In this document: piece after piece, positions 10,509 to 20,012 of the stretch
Layout: each line of letters begins with the position of its first letter
How positions within the stretch are numbered: position 1 is the stretch's first letter
Origin: a virus
Lineage: Duplodnaviria; Caudoviricetes
IMG/VR virus record: IMGVR_UViG_3300013121_000027
Span: 1 to 64,000 of that record
DNA: 64,000 bases
Strand: one strand, 5' to 3'
Made by a program: the position numbers and the translations under genes
Notes under the pieces: generated by a model
Told to the model about the DNA's origin: nothing
Seen by the model: the letters and a program-made list of their open reading frames with translations, nothing else
Database searches by the model: none

Positions 10509-10597
10509 GTCCGGTTATTCAGGAGACGTGGTAAATCCATCTTTCAGTTGGGTTGTCAACGAAACTGCGCATGGGTTCGATTCCCTAAACCGGCACT
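10509..10597 (+). ncRNA. tRNA-like RNA (non-canonical or degenerate)
   Basis: ccggtt/aaccgg acceptor-like stem, GGGTTCGATTCCC T-arm, GG-containing D-like loop; no clean anticodon arm. Confidence 0.4.
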
Positions 10598-10635
10598 AAT
10601 AGATCCTGGCAGCTGTGCACAACATCGACAGCGGC

Positions 10636-11127
10636 TCAATTTAAGGTGAAACGATAATGTATGCCAGTCTTGTAGTTTGGATTATTCAACCCCTTTGAGC
10701 TTGTTTTAAAAGCTTCACTTCTACAAGAAATAGAACAAAAAGGATTTTCTGGATTTCTTACTTGCTTCTCATAACGTTTGAATAATTTAAAACATTGAGC
10801 ACAAATCCAATCTTTTCGTGTATCCTGTCCTCTTCTGCATGTTCCTACTTGTCCTCCAGAAGAAGAATTGTATCCTATTTTAGGATCACATGATTTAAAA
10901 TAAGATATCCAAAAAATTTCACGATCATTTAAGATTTCATCTTCGCATTCTTCGATTAACTCAATTTTGAAAAATTCTCTACCGTATTTTCTTATTGCTC
11001 GTGAAATAGGCATTTTTTCGCTTTTAGATGTACAATGCCTACTGAATCTTTCGTTTAATGGACGTATCGTTTGTCCAATATATACTTTATTATTTGACAA
11101 ACAAGTTATTTTGTAAATATTTCCCAT
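10636..11127 (-). CDS. GIY-YIG homing endonuclease
   Basis: NIYKIT...VYIGQT...R...E motif plus C-terminal Zn ribbon; TGATATAAT 6 nt before ATG. Confidence 0.9.
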   Translation of the reverse strand: MGNIYKITCLSNNKVYIGQTIRPLNERFSRHCTSKSEKMPISRAIRKYGREFFKIELIEECEDEILNDREIFWISYFKSCDPKIGYNSSSGGQVGTCRRGQDTRKDWICAQCFKLFKRYEKQVRNPENPFCSISCRSEAFKTSSKGLNNPNYKTGIHYRFTLN

Positions 11128-11175
11128 ATTTAAATTATATCATATTTTTATATGATAGAAAGGAGTTTATTCGAA

Positions 11176-11783
11176 ATGACTATCTGGCTCACTTCGGATC
11201 TTTGATCCACTTTGATCACAAAAACATTCTTAAATACTGCAATCGTCCATTTCAAGATGTAGATCATATGGCTGAAATCCTTGTTAGAAATTGGAATACT
11301 GTTGTAGATCCCTCTGACATGGTATTCATTGTTGGCGATTTCGCAATGGGACGTAGAGAAGAAACTCTCCCTATTGCTAAACGACTCAATGGCTTTAAAG
11401 TTCTTGTTCCCGGTAATCATGATCATTGTCATCCAATGTATGATGATGCGTCTGAAAAGTATAAAGCATATAAAAAGCTTTATGAAGAATACTTTGACGA
11501 CATTGTTTATGATCATGTGTATCAATTAGAAGATTTCATTCTTTGTCATTTTCCATATAGCGAAGGCAAAACTGATTACGCTGGTCGTGATTTCAGTGAA
11601 TGGGAACCAATGGATATTGGTATGCCTCTTCTTTGTGGACATGTTCATGAACTGTGGAGAATTAAGCTTTCTCCAAATGGGACTTGGATGTTTAATGTTG
11701 GTGTAGATGCGCCCGGCAATGATTATGCCCCAGTATCTTTAGACTACATTAAAACTTTGTATTTTGATTTGCTCATGCATTAA
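11176..11783 (+). pseudogene. Calcineurin-like metallophosphoesterase, frameshifted at codon 10
   Basis: AAGGAG RBS, then MTIWLTSDL, an extra TGATC, then HFDHKNI...GDF...GNHD...GHVH...NVGVD. Confidence 0.8.
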
Positions 11784-12054
11784 TTATACCATATCCACGG
11801 GATACTCAGCCGTGTAAGCTCATAGCGTACAAACCTATGAGACAGTCTTAATTGACTGAAGTGTAGAGCCGCGTTTTGGCATTATGAACGTGGGATCAGG
11901 ATCATGCCCAACTCTACTGATCAGAAGTTGTTAAACTCAGATCACTTACTTCTTTCCTTTAACTGGTGGTTTTACCCCAGTTGCTGGCATTTTGTTTGTA
12001 CCTGGTGCCTTAGCTATTACTGATTGTGGTCTAAAATTTTTAAATGGATTTAAA

Positions 12055-12165
12055 TTAGCATTTTTTGCCGCCACCAGATCCACCTTTCTTAGGTGTTGAC
12101 TTATGCATCGGCATAGGAGAAGATTTAGGTCCTGATTTTTTTGATGATTTCTTTTTTCCAGCCAT
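12055..12165 (-). CDS. Small Lys-rich peptide MAGKKKSSKKSGPK... (36 aa)
   Basis: TAAGGAG RBS, TACTATAAT upstream; below the ORF-track size cut-off. Confidence 0.6.
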   Translation of the reverse strand: MAGKKKSSKKSGPKSSPMPMHKSTPKKGGSGGGKKC

Positions 12166-12366
12166 TGGAAGCTCCTTAAGTAAGGTGAACTTCTATTATA
12201 GTAATTCTATATATTGTCTGTTGCATAGGCGTCAGATTGGGGTGGTTTTGGGAGGACAGCTAAACATATCCAAACCTAAACCTATGCAACAGAGAGTATA
12301 TAGATATTTCTTGCTTGAAAAAGAGAGGGAAAGCAAGCATATTAAAGCACGGATTGGAGATAAATC

Positions 12367-12963
12367 ATGTGCGTACATGTTGCTCAAAGCTATAAAACAA
12401 TTCATAAATTTCAGCAAATTACTCGTCTTCCATTTAGATTTGGATTTGATCATTCAAAGGTTGTAGGCTATGCTACAGCTGGTAAGACTACTATTGTAGT
12501 CGCTGCAACTTTGAAGGATACAGAAGGTAATCTTCAAAAATTCATCACTAACTGTGGATGGGGAACTAATATTGGTAATAACCTTGCATTCAATGCTCGG
12601 TTTGAAACCATGGCTTCTAAGCCTACTTGGAGGAATTCCGTCCAGGATCAGAGAATCCTTGTTCCTGTTGATGGATTCTATGAACGCGGATATTATATCC
12701 GTCCAGAAGATCCAGACAAGGCATTTGCTCTTGCTGGAATTACCGTAATGAATTCTCATCATCAAGCTATTATTGCCACACGTCCAGCTGCTAAGGCTAT
12801 TGCTGCAATTCATACTCGTATGCCAGTAATTGTCCCTGTTGATAAATGGAATGATTGGTTGAATCCAGAAGTTCCATTCTCTGAATTCGCCAATCTCATT
12901 AATCTTTCATTCCCATTTGGTATAGAAAGATCTGGTGAACACAGTGAAAGCAAAGCTTCATAA
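12367..12963 (+). CDS. SRAP (SOS response-associated peptidase, HMCES/YedK family)
   Basis: N-terminal MC, NARFET, DGFYE and HTRMPVI motifs. Confidence 0.85.
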   Translation: MCVHVAQSYKTIHKFQQITRLPFRFGFDHSKVVGYATAGKTTIVVAATLKDTEGNLQKFITNCGWGTNIGNNLAFNARFETMASKPTWRNSVQDQRILVPVDGFYERGYYIRPEDPDKAFALAGITVMNSHHQAIIATRPAAKAIAAIHTRMPVIVPVDKWNDWLNPEVPFSEFANLINLSFPFGIERSGEHSESKAS

Positions 12964-13268
12964 ATTTCTTTCACATAAGTTGGCATAGTTGCTAAAATAA
13001 TGGCTCTTTATTATCACGAAGAAGAAAAAGAAGCTGAGTTAACAGAGATTTTTGAGCATGTATTTGGTAGGTGCGATTGCACTGCGGAAGAACCAGATGA
13101 AAATTGTCCTGAACATGGTGATTTTCAACATGCATAGATTTGGACATATTTAACGCTAAATCTATCCTTGGCAAAAACCAAAATGAGAAGAACTAACTTA
13201 GTTTAGCATCGTGCTAATTCTTCCCGTTATATATGTCCAATATTCTTTAAAAAAGAGGGGAGGTAATA

Positions 13269-13628
13269 ATGATCTATGAACATTTAGTATTTGATGATTT
13301 GCGAGAGTTTGACCCTCCCATTGATGGAGTGACTTACTGTCGCAATACACAAGAAGCCCAAGATGCTCTTATGAATGGTTACAACCATATTTGTAATCTT
13401 TGGCTTGATTTCGATCTTGGTATGGATGATACCACTCTCAGTATCGTAAATGATCTTGCAAGTATGTCTATTCATGATGCAGGCAAATGCACCGTTGACA
13501 ATGTTTTTATTGTCACAGCAAATCCTGTAGGTAGAGATCGTATCTTTGGACTTTGCGAAATGTTTGCGGATTCCGTAAAAGTCGTAAATCCACTTGACCA
13601 CAATTTGGTTAATAAAACCAAGTGGTAA
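13269..13628 (+). CDS. Cyclic-phosphate-processing receiver-domain protein
   Basis: DDLR...LDFDLG...TANPVG motifs. Confidence 0.7.
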   Translation: MIYEHLVFDDLREFDPPIDGVTYCRNTQEAQDALMNGYNHICNLWLDFDLGMDDTTLSIVNDLASMSIHDAGKCTVDNVFIVTANPVGRDRIFGLCEMFADSVKVVNPLDHNLVNKTKW

Positions 13629-13991
13629 ATTTTCTCTGTGCTTTGCCAGAGGAACCTATAGACAAGGAGTCAAAGGTCTACAGCTGCAAGATGTACTTGG
13701 TTTGTATTCTACAGTCTGTGATGTAAGCTCATCTGTATTGCTTTATGCATGCTTGTAGCCTCTACGATCAATAACAAACCTGTGTCGGGATAGCTCAAAT
13801 ATAGCTCACAATGCCCGAGAGCCAGTAAGCATGTAGAGCTGGCACTTAATAAATTTAAGTTGTAGTAGGTGCTGTCATATGATGACATACCTCGTGAATG
13901 CAATCCATCCGATGAGAAAAAATAAATACAGTTTGAATTAGAAATAGTTCAATTTTTCCCATCTACTACAACTTAATTTATATTCTTTTGA

Positions 13992-14276
13992 ATGCGGCAC
14001 CACTTTCGCATAATGAAAAAGAAAATGGACGAAAATAATTATCGAGATGTAGGCGCTTGTGCCAGACATATAGAATGGCAAGAATGTTTTTCTATATACT
14101 ATCAAATAGATAGGACTGAGAAGAGAAAAAGGGGAGAAAGAGGTCCGTGGAAATTAATACATGGGATTTCTCTTCCTGATTCTCCTTATTATGAATTAGG
14201 TGATTTTGAAAAAGATCTTGCTAAAATAGATATTTCAAAACTACCTATTTACGATCCATCTAAACATCATAAATAA
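13992..14276 (+). CDS. Hypothetical protein
   Basis: ORF track. Confidence 0.45.
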   Translation: MRHHFRIMKKKMDENNYRDVGACARHIEWQECFSIYYQIDRTEKRKRGERGPWKLIHGISLPDSPYYELGDFEKDLAKIDISKLPIYDPSKHHK

Positions 14277-14463
14277 TCTATATTGAATAGATTACTGATT
14301 TGGGCAACTATAATAATGCTTTAATAATAACGTTTCACAGTAAGCAATTGAGACACACGACACGTACGGCATACTTGTCTTAAGATTTCATGATAAGCTT
14401 CTTACATTAAAAAGTGAATCCAATTATAATCAGTAATCTCTTCAATATAGATTTGAGGAATAA

Positions 14464-14739
14464 ATGTTTTATATTATTTTTGGTACTTTTGTACTTCTTT
14501 ATTTCACTTTTCGTGATTTAGGATTTCTCACTCGTTTCGAAACCTGCTATAATTATGCTGTTCATGTTCTAATGATCAATTGTGGGCTTACGCAATATTA
14601 TGCACATGCCTACATGAATCGTCATTCATCTTTTTTAAATGGTCGTTCTCCATATGAAATTATTAAAGATGAAAATGAAAATGGATTAGATAAAGTTTTA
14701 ACTTTAATTTCTCAACACTTTGAAGTAGGAAGTTTTTAA
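14464..14739 (+). CDS. Hypothetical protein (Xre/MbcA/ParS antitoxin-like C-terminus possible)
   Basis: GAGGA RBS; LNGRSPYEII motif. Confidence 0.45.
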   Translation: MFYIIFGTFVLLYFTFRDLGFLTRFETCYNYAVHVLMINCGLTQYYAHAYMNRHSSFLNGRSPYEIIKDENENGLDKVLTLISQHFEVGSF

Positions 14740-15074
14740 TGACTATTTGTGTAAAGTGTAAAACAGAATTAGTTCTGGATTCTGGTGTTCAACCGGATAA
14801 TCAATATGCCTATGATAATGCTCTATGGATTGCTTTCCATGGTGGCTATGGCATGTTTGTTGACAACATCGATGCTACGCTTGATGGCAATTATGGCGTT
14901 ATTAAGGGCGCTGACTATGAACTCGTTCTTTGTCATGAATGTGCACATGCCTTCTTTGACCATAACCCATGGTTAACAGAAATTGTAAATCCCCACGATT
15001 CACATGCTCACACAACAGCTTATCATAAAGCCCATCCTGATCATAAAGGTTGGGATTATGACAAGAAAGAGTAG
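14739..15074 (+). CDS. Hypothetical Zn-binding protein
   Basis: CVKC...GGYG...LCHEC. Confidence 0.65.
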   Translation: MTICVKCKTELVLDSGVQPDNQYAYDNALWIAFHGGYGMFVDNIDATLDGNYGVIKGADYELVLCHECAHAFFDHNPWLTEIVNPHDSHAHTTAYHKAHPDHKGWDYDKKE

Positions 15075-15193
15075 CTTGACATGAGTACTGGGACTAAAAA
15101 ATGAGTGACAACGGAACGTATCACGTTTCCCAGTACTCTTATGAGGCTATGTCTTAAATTGAAATAAAATAATATAAAGAAAAGGAGATAATT

Positions 15194-15670
15194 ATGGATG
15201 AAATTACCTCATTTACTGGTGAGTATCATTTTCTTTCTAATTTTTATCCTTCCCCTTTTGTTTGGCAAGGTAATGTTTATCCAACTAATGAGCATTTCTA
15301 CCAGGCTGCTAAGGCTATAAACGAACTTATGCAAGAAAAAATTAGATTAGCTGCTACACCTGGACTCGCTAAAAAACTTGGAAGACAAGTTCCTCTTCCA
15401 GCACATTGGGAAGCTGATAAAGAGCGTGTCATGCTTCTTGGACTTATGTTCAAATTTACCCAAAATGCTGATTTGCGTAAACAACTTCTTGCCACAGGTG
15501 ATGCTCTTCTTGAAGAGGGAAATAACTATGGAGATAAGTATTGGGGAACAGTCAATCGAATGGGTCTCAATAGACTTGGCAAACTTCTTATGAATGTTCG
15601 TAGTTATCTTCGCGATTATGACAAAATTCAACAACAAGAAAAAGAAAAGTTAACAACTGCTGTTGATTGA
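15194..15670 (+). CDS. NADAR family (YbiA-like) protein
   Basis: FLSNFY, EHFYQAAK, KFTQN, LLATGD, D.YWG, NRLGKLLM. Confidence 0.92.
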   Translation: MDEITSFTGEYHFLSNFYPSPFVWQGNVYPTNEHFYQAAKAINELMQEKIRLAATPGLAKKLGRQVPLPAHWEADKERVMLLGLMFKFTQNADLRKQLLATGDALLEEGNNYGDKYWGTVNRMGLNRLGKLLMNVRSYLRDYDKIQQQEKEKLTTAVD

Positions 15671-16109
15671 GATTTCTTATGTATGTAAATAACAGTGATC
15701 GTCGCTCAACCTGTGCCTATTTTCACAATCACGCTACTTACATATGTAGCTGTGGTATTATTGTAGGCACATGTCTCTGCACAGATGAAAAAAAAGAAGA
15801 AATTCATTTTGACAATTGCTGGCATGATAAAACTGTAAAACATGCCGATTTGACAAAGCTAAAAGTAAATGCTGCTGAATTGAAAAGGATAAGACTTGAA
15901 GCCAAAAAAAGTGGATGGTAAAGAAATACAACACACCATTAAATTTGGTTTCAGAGGCTATAGATGTAGATGGATGTGTTCTTGTGGTATAGGATCTTCG
16001 CCTTATACCACAGACACAATTCTTGGCGCTACAAGAGGATCTCAAGCTCATTTGCAAAAAGTAGGTGGAGATCTAACACAAGAATTTGTCTCAGTTCCAT
16101 ATTATGAAC

Positions 16110-16138
16110 TTGACAAAAAAGAAAATAGTTAGTACTAT
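16110..16138 (+). promoter_or_regulatory. Sigma70-type promoter, leaderless for the HNH gene
   Basis: TTGACA-17-TACTAT, ATG 7 nt downstream. Confidence 0.7.
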
Positions 16139-16145
16139 TTAATGC

Positions 16146-16538
16146 ATGGCTTTACGCGATGATCCAGAATTAATGAAACAATATAAAAGAGAATGGACAG
16201 CTCGTCGTAGAGCCGCTTGGTTTGCAGATAAATATTGTGTTTCGTGTGGATCTATTGAGAGATTAGAATTAGATCATATTAATCCTGCTTTAAAAGCTTC
16301 TCACAATATTTGGTCTTGGTCAGAAAAACGCAGAGACGAAGAAGCAGCTAAATGTCAAGTTTTATGTCATGATTGTCATCAAGAAAAAACAATAGCTTTT
16401 ATTAAAAGAGATATTACTCATGGAACTCATTCGAAAGGCTATTTAAGAGGATGTAGATGTGTTGATTGTACAAATGCACATCGTATCTATAATAATAACT
16501 ATAGATTAAAAAAGAAAAATCAAACGGGTGTAGGCTAG
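16146..16538 (+). CDS. HNH homing endonuclease (stop codon lies inside tRNA-Met)
   Basis: CVSCG..LELDHINP...KCQVLCHDCH; C-terminal HG...GCRC..C. Confidence 0.88.
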   Translation: MALRDDPELMKQYKREWTARRRAAWFADKYCVSCGSIERLELDHINPALKASHNIWSWSEKRRDEEAAKCQVLCHDCHQEKTIAFIKRDITHGTHSKGYLRGCRCVDCTNAHRIYNNNYRLKKKNQTGVG

Positions 16539-16599
16539 TCCGGTTCACGCCACGTCTTTCATATGGACGAGATCGTGGGTTCAAATCCCACCACCCGCA
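16524..16599 (+). tRNA. tRNA with CAT anticodon (Met or Ile2)
   Basis: Cloverleaf: cgtct-ttCATat-ggacg, gtggg-ttcaaat-cccac; 1:72 mismatch. Confidence 0.8.
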
Positions 16600-16644
16600 C
16601 AATATATTACCTATTCCCTTTAATGAGAAGATACCATCGCCACT

Positions 16645-16968
16645 ATGACAGAAATACCAGAGCATTTACTTGTACGAGCACAGAAAGCTCGTGATGATGC
16701 AATGATACGAAATCCAATTCCTGTTCAACCAACAGAAGAAACCGTAAGTGCAAAGACCGCTGTAGTGGTTCCTACTCATGTAGAATCTCTTGGCGTTGTC
16801 TTACCCGATCTATCAACTTCTGAATTAACTCGTGATCAGCATATTAGAGCTTTTGCTTTGCAGCAAGCTCAATATTTTTATAGTGGAGAGTCTAATGACC
16901 CAGAAGTGATCTGCAGTGTAGTTCTTCCTATAGCAAAAGCTTTTGAAGAATATATTCGCGGATATTAA
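16645..16968 (+). CDS. Hypothetical protein
   Basis: ORF between two tRNAs. Confidence 0.6.
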   Translation: MTEIPEHLLVRAQKARDDAMIRNPIPVQPTEETVSAKTAVVVPTHVESLGVVLPDLSTSELTRDQHIRAFALQQAQYFYSGESNDPEVICSVVLPIAKAFEEYIRGY

Positions 16969-16975
16969 TTTTCTT

Positions 16976-17050
16976 GCCGCGTTAGTTTAATGGTAAAATC
17001 TTAGACTTTCAATCTAAAGAGCAGGGGATCGATACCCCTACGCGGTGCCA
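16976..17050 (+). tRNA. tRNA-Glu(TTC)
   Basis: gccgcgt/acgcggt acceptor, ttaga-ctTTCaa-tctaa, encoded CCA. Confidence 0.9.
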
Positions 17051-17079
17051 TATAAAATGCTATTTAAAGGTAGATTTAA

Positions 17080-18174
17080 TTGACTACTGAATTAGATATT
17101 GTTGCAGATCAAGTTTTATCTGCAAAACGTCCAGAAGATATTTTTGGACTTCTTTTTGACATAGATGACGTATCTGAAAAATTTCGCGAAGTTAAAAGAA
17201 TTTACTATAAGCTTTCATTGATTCTTCATCCAGACAAAAATCATGGATCTAAACTGGCAAATGAAGCCTTTGCTAAATTAGGTAATCTTTATGAGACTGC
17301 CGGGGCAACCATACAAAGTGGTATATATGGTGCTCCTGCTCCTATTCTTGAGTTAGAAACTAAAAAGTTTACTTATAGTATCTTTGAGCCTCACTTTGAT
17401 TTTGGTATTACAACTGGATATGAATGCATCATAGATGCACGTATACCCGTAATATTTAATATTGCGAAATTACCAAAATTCAATTCTCGTATAGACCATG
17501 AAGCTAAAGTATTAAAAATTCTTTTCGATACTTCTGTTCCAACTGCTACTGGATTTTTCTCTATGCTTCCAGGAGTCTACGAAACTGTAAGCTACCAGGA
17601 AAATGGATTTTTGCGTAAAGCCAACCCATTTTTCCTTCCTCCCGGATATTGCACATTAGCTCAGGCTATTCAAGCTTATCCCGGTGGAATTTCGGCAGAA
17701 AGCCTTGTATGGATTTATCGCAGACTTCTTGATATTATTGGATTTGCCCATTCCAAAAAGATTATTCATGGCGCTGTTACACCAAATAATATTCTTATTG
17801 GACAAGATGATATTCACGAAGTTAAGTTAATTAACTGGCATAATGCAATTATAAACCCTGAAGAAGATAAGAAGTTTATTCCCTCTATTGAAAATCAGTG
17901 GAAGGATTTCTATCCACCAGAAGTATTTGAAAAAGAAATTCCTACTTATTCAGTAGATCTTTATATGGCAGCTATGTCAATTAAAGCTCTGCTTCTTAAA
18001 ATTCAAGTTCCACTTTCTCCAGAAACTAAAATTGCTTCTTTTCTTATTAGTTGTACGTCATCTAAACCTGCCTCGCGTCCTCATGACGCATGGAAGTTGA
18101 GGGAAGAGTTTACTGCTCTCACTAATAAAATATGGGAAAAGAAAAAGTACGTTCCATTTTCTTTGTCAAAATAA
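17080..18174 (+). CDS. J-domain (DnaJ-like) plus protein-kinase-like fusion
   Basis: HPDKN J motif; IIHGAVTPNNILI, YPPEV and DLYMAA kinase subdomains. Confidence 0.85.
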   Translation: MTTELDIVADQVLSAKRPEDIFGLLFDIDDVSEKFREVKRIYYKLSLILHPDKNHGSKLANEAFAKLGNLYETAGATIQSGIYGAPAPILELETKKFTYSIFEPHFDFGITTGYECIIDARIPVIFNIAKLPKFNSRIDHEAKVLKILFDTSVPTATGFFSMLPGVYETVSYQENGFLRKANPFFLPPGYCTLAQAIQAYPGGISAESLVWIYRRLLDIIGFAHSKKIIHGAVTPNNILIGQDDIHEVKLINWHNAIINPEEDKKFIPSIENQWKDFYPPEVFEKEIPTYSVDLYMAAMSIKALLLKIQVPLSPETKIASFLISCTSSKPASRPHDAWKLREEFTALTNKIWEKKKYVPFSLSK

Positions 18175-18192
18175 CAAAAAGGATATAACACT

Positions 18193-19203
18193 ATGGGTTC
18201 CTCTTCAACCACTGCTGATGATCTTGCTGCACGTGCAGCTTATCGTGCAGCTACTGGCACAAGCTATGCTTACAGTGCAACCATGCACGCTGTTCCCTTT
18301 CATGATCGTAAGATTCATGAATCTCTTGATCCTAAGCGTTTGAATACTCTTGGCAAGCAGATTCGCGAATGTTTCGATTCTATCGAGCATCCCCTTACCG
18401 TTCCTGTTGTATTTGGTTTTGATCAAACCGGATCTATGGGTAATGGTCCTCGCATCATCCAGGAGAAGCTTTCTACATTGAAGGGGCTTACCCTTCGTGC
18501 TGGTATGCCTGATGTTCAGCTTTGTTTTGGTGCATATGGTGATGCCCAGAACCATGAAATCGCCCCTTGTCAAGTTGGTCAATTTGAGTCCGGTCTTGAA
18601 ATGGAAGACTGGCTGAATAATCTTTTCCTTGAAGGTAATGGTGGCGGAAATGGTGGAGAGACCGCAGGTCTTTTTCTCTATTTCCTTGCTAACTATACCG
18701 ATCTCGATTCCGTTAACAAGCGTGGCAAGAAGGGCTATGTCTTTCTTACTGGAGATGAGATTGCTCTTCCCGTGACGCGCGCTGAGCTCAAAACCTATAT
18801 CGATGAAGATTCCGAAACTGATTATACCATCCAGCAAGTAATTGAGATGGTTACCAAGAAGTTTGAAGTTTTCTTTTTCTTGGTTGAGAATGGTGCCGCT
18901 CGTGCGCAGGGTTCTTTGAAGTTTTGGAGTGATCTTCTTGGCAATGATCACGTTATTGTTGTTGAGGATCTCAATAACATTAGTGAACTTGCTGCAACCC
19001 TTCTCGCCAATGAAGAGGGTATGATCACCAGTATTGATCATGCTACCGATCTTCTCAAGGCTGAAGGCGCTGCTGGCACGGCTATCGAAGTTGTTTCCAA
19101 GACCCTTGCTCATCGTGGCGTAGCAAGTACTACTGCCTCTGTTGCTACTACGACTGGTGGTACTCTTGCTGCCACTACAGCAGCGGATACGACTGACCTT
19201 TAA
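18193..19203 (+). CDS. vWA-domain protein
   Basis: DQTGSMG MIDAS motif, GGGNGGE, FLTGDE. Confidence 0.85.
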   Translation: MGSSSTTADDLAARAAYRAATGTSYAYSATMHAVPFHDRKIHESLDPKRLNTLGKQIRECFDSIEHPLTVPVVFGFDQTGSMGNGPRIIQEKLSTLKGLTLRAGMPDVQLCFGAYGDAQNHEIAPCQVGQFESGLEMEDWLNNLFLEGNGGGNGGETAGLFLYFLANYTDLDSVNKRGKKGYVFLTGDEIALPVTRAELKTYIDEDSETDYTIQQVIEMVTKKFEVFFFLVENGAARAQGSLKFWSDLLGNDHVIVVEDLNNISELAATLLANEEGMITSIDHATDLLKAEGAAGTAIEVVSKTLAHRGVASTTASVATTTGGTLAATTAADTTDL

Positions 19204-19344
19204 TTTCTTAATTAATGATTGTGGTCAGGCACCCGGTAATGATTTGATAGTTATAAGGGCTCGAACTGACTTTTGTCGATGACTACAGGTAACCACAATT
19301 ATTTTATTTAAGGAATTTATTTATGTCTCATGCCCGTGTAAGTA

Positions 19345-19977
19345 CTATTTTTTAAGCCATTCAATAGCCGCATGCAAATAATCAATATTATCTTTAAACA
19401 TTCCAAGACCCATATTGCAGGCATTGCATAGTAATCCTCTTACGCAATTGCGACAACCTTTTTTACAACATTTGTGATCATGATCAATAGCCCATTGATT
19501 ATCTTTACCGCCAGGTTTTTCATTACCACAAATTCCACATTGTTTCAATTGAGCATTATACCATTCAATATTTAAACCACGTCGAATCAATCGTTGATAC
19601 TTGCTTAAATATTCCCTATAATCTTTATCTTTTTTGTAACGAGGTTTACGCATTAAACGATTTTTGTTTGCAATAAAATTGGCGTGATGCATTTTGCATT
19701 CTAAAGACTTGCAAACCGGTAAAATTGTGTTGATTTGTTTTTGATGGAATGTACTTCCACAGTAAGTGCATTGAAAATCATACCAAATTTCACCATATCG
19801 ACTTCCGTCTTCTCTTTTATGTGAGTCATGAGCAATACCCAGTTGTCTTCTTTTTTTAAGTCGTTGATTTTTACCAATTCTGGATTTAAGTTTACATTCT
19901 TCACAACTTGGTATTCTTCCACGAGGCTTTGTCCTCGTCACCTCATTTGTTTTACATTGATCACAATAATAAATCAT
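19345..19977 (-). CDS. Endonuclease VII-family homing endonuclease
   Basis: CGICG...IDHDH...VRGLLCNACNMGLGMFKDN; TGGTACTAT 6 nt before ATG 19977. Confidence 0.9.
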   Translation of the reverse strand: MIYYCDQCKTNEVTRTKPRGRIPSCEECKLKSRIGKNQRLKKRRQLGIAHDSHKREDGSRYGEIWYDFQCTYCGSTFHQKQINTILPVCKSLECKMHHANFIANKNRLMRKPRYKKDKDYREYLSKYQRLIRRGLNIEWYNAQLKQCGICGNEKPGGKDNQWAIDHDHKCCKKGCRNCVRGLLCNACNMGLGMFKDNIDYLHAAIEWLKK

Positions 19978-20012
19978 ATTTAAATAGTACCATTTAAAAG
20001 GCGAAAAAATAG

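Noticed and set aside
10509-10597. tRNA-Sec (UCA)
   Set aside because: TCA is not centred in a 7-nt loop and the acceptor and D arms do not fit the 8/5 Sec structure
11200-11217. RF2-type programmed +1 frameshift at CTT TGA
   Set aside because: One +1 shift does not reach the right frame, two would delete the catalytic His, and there is no internal SD at the prfB spacing
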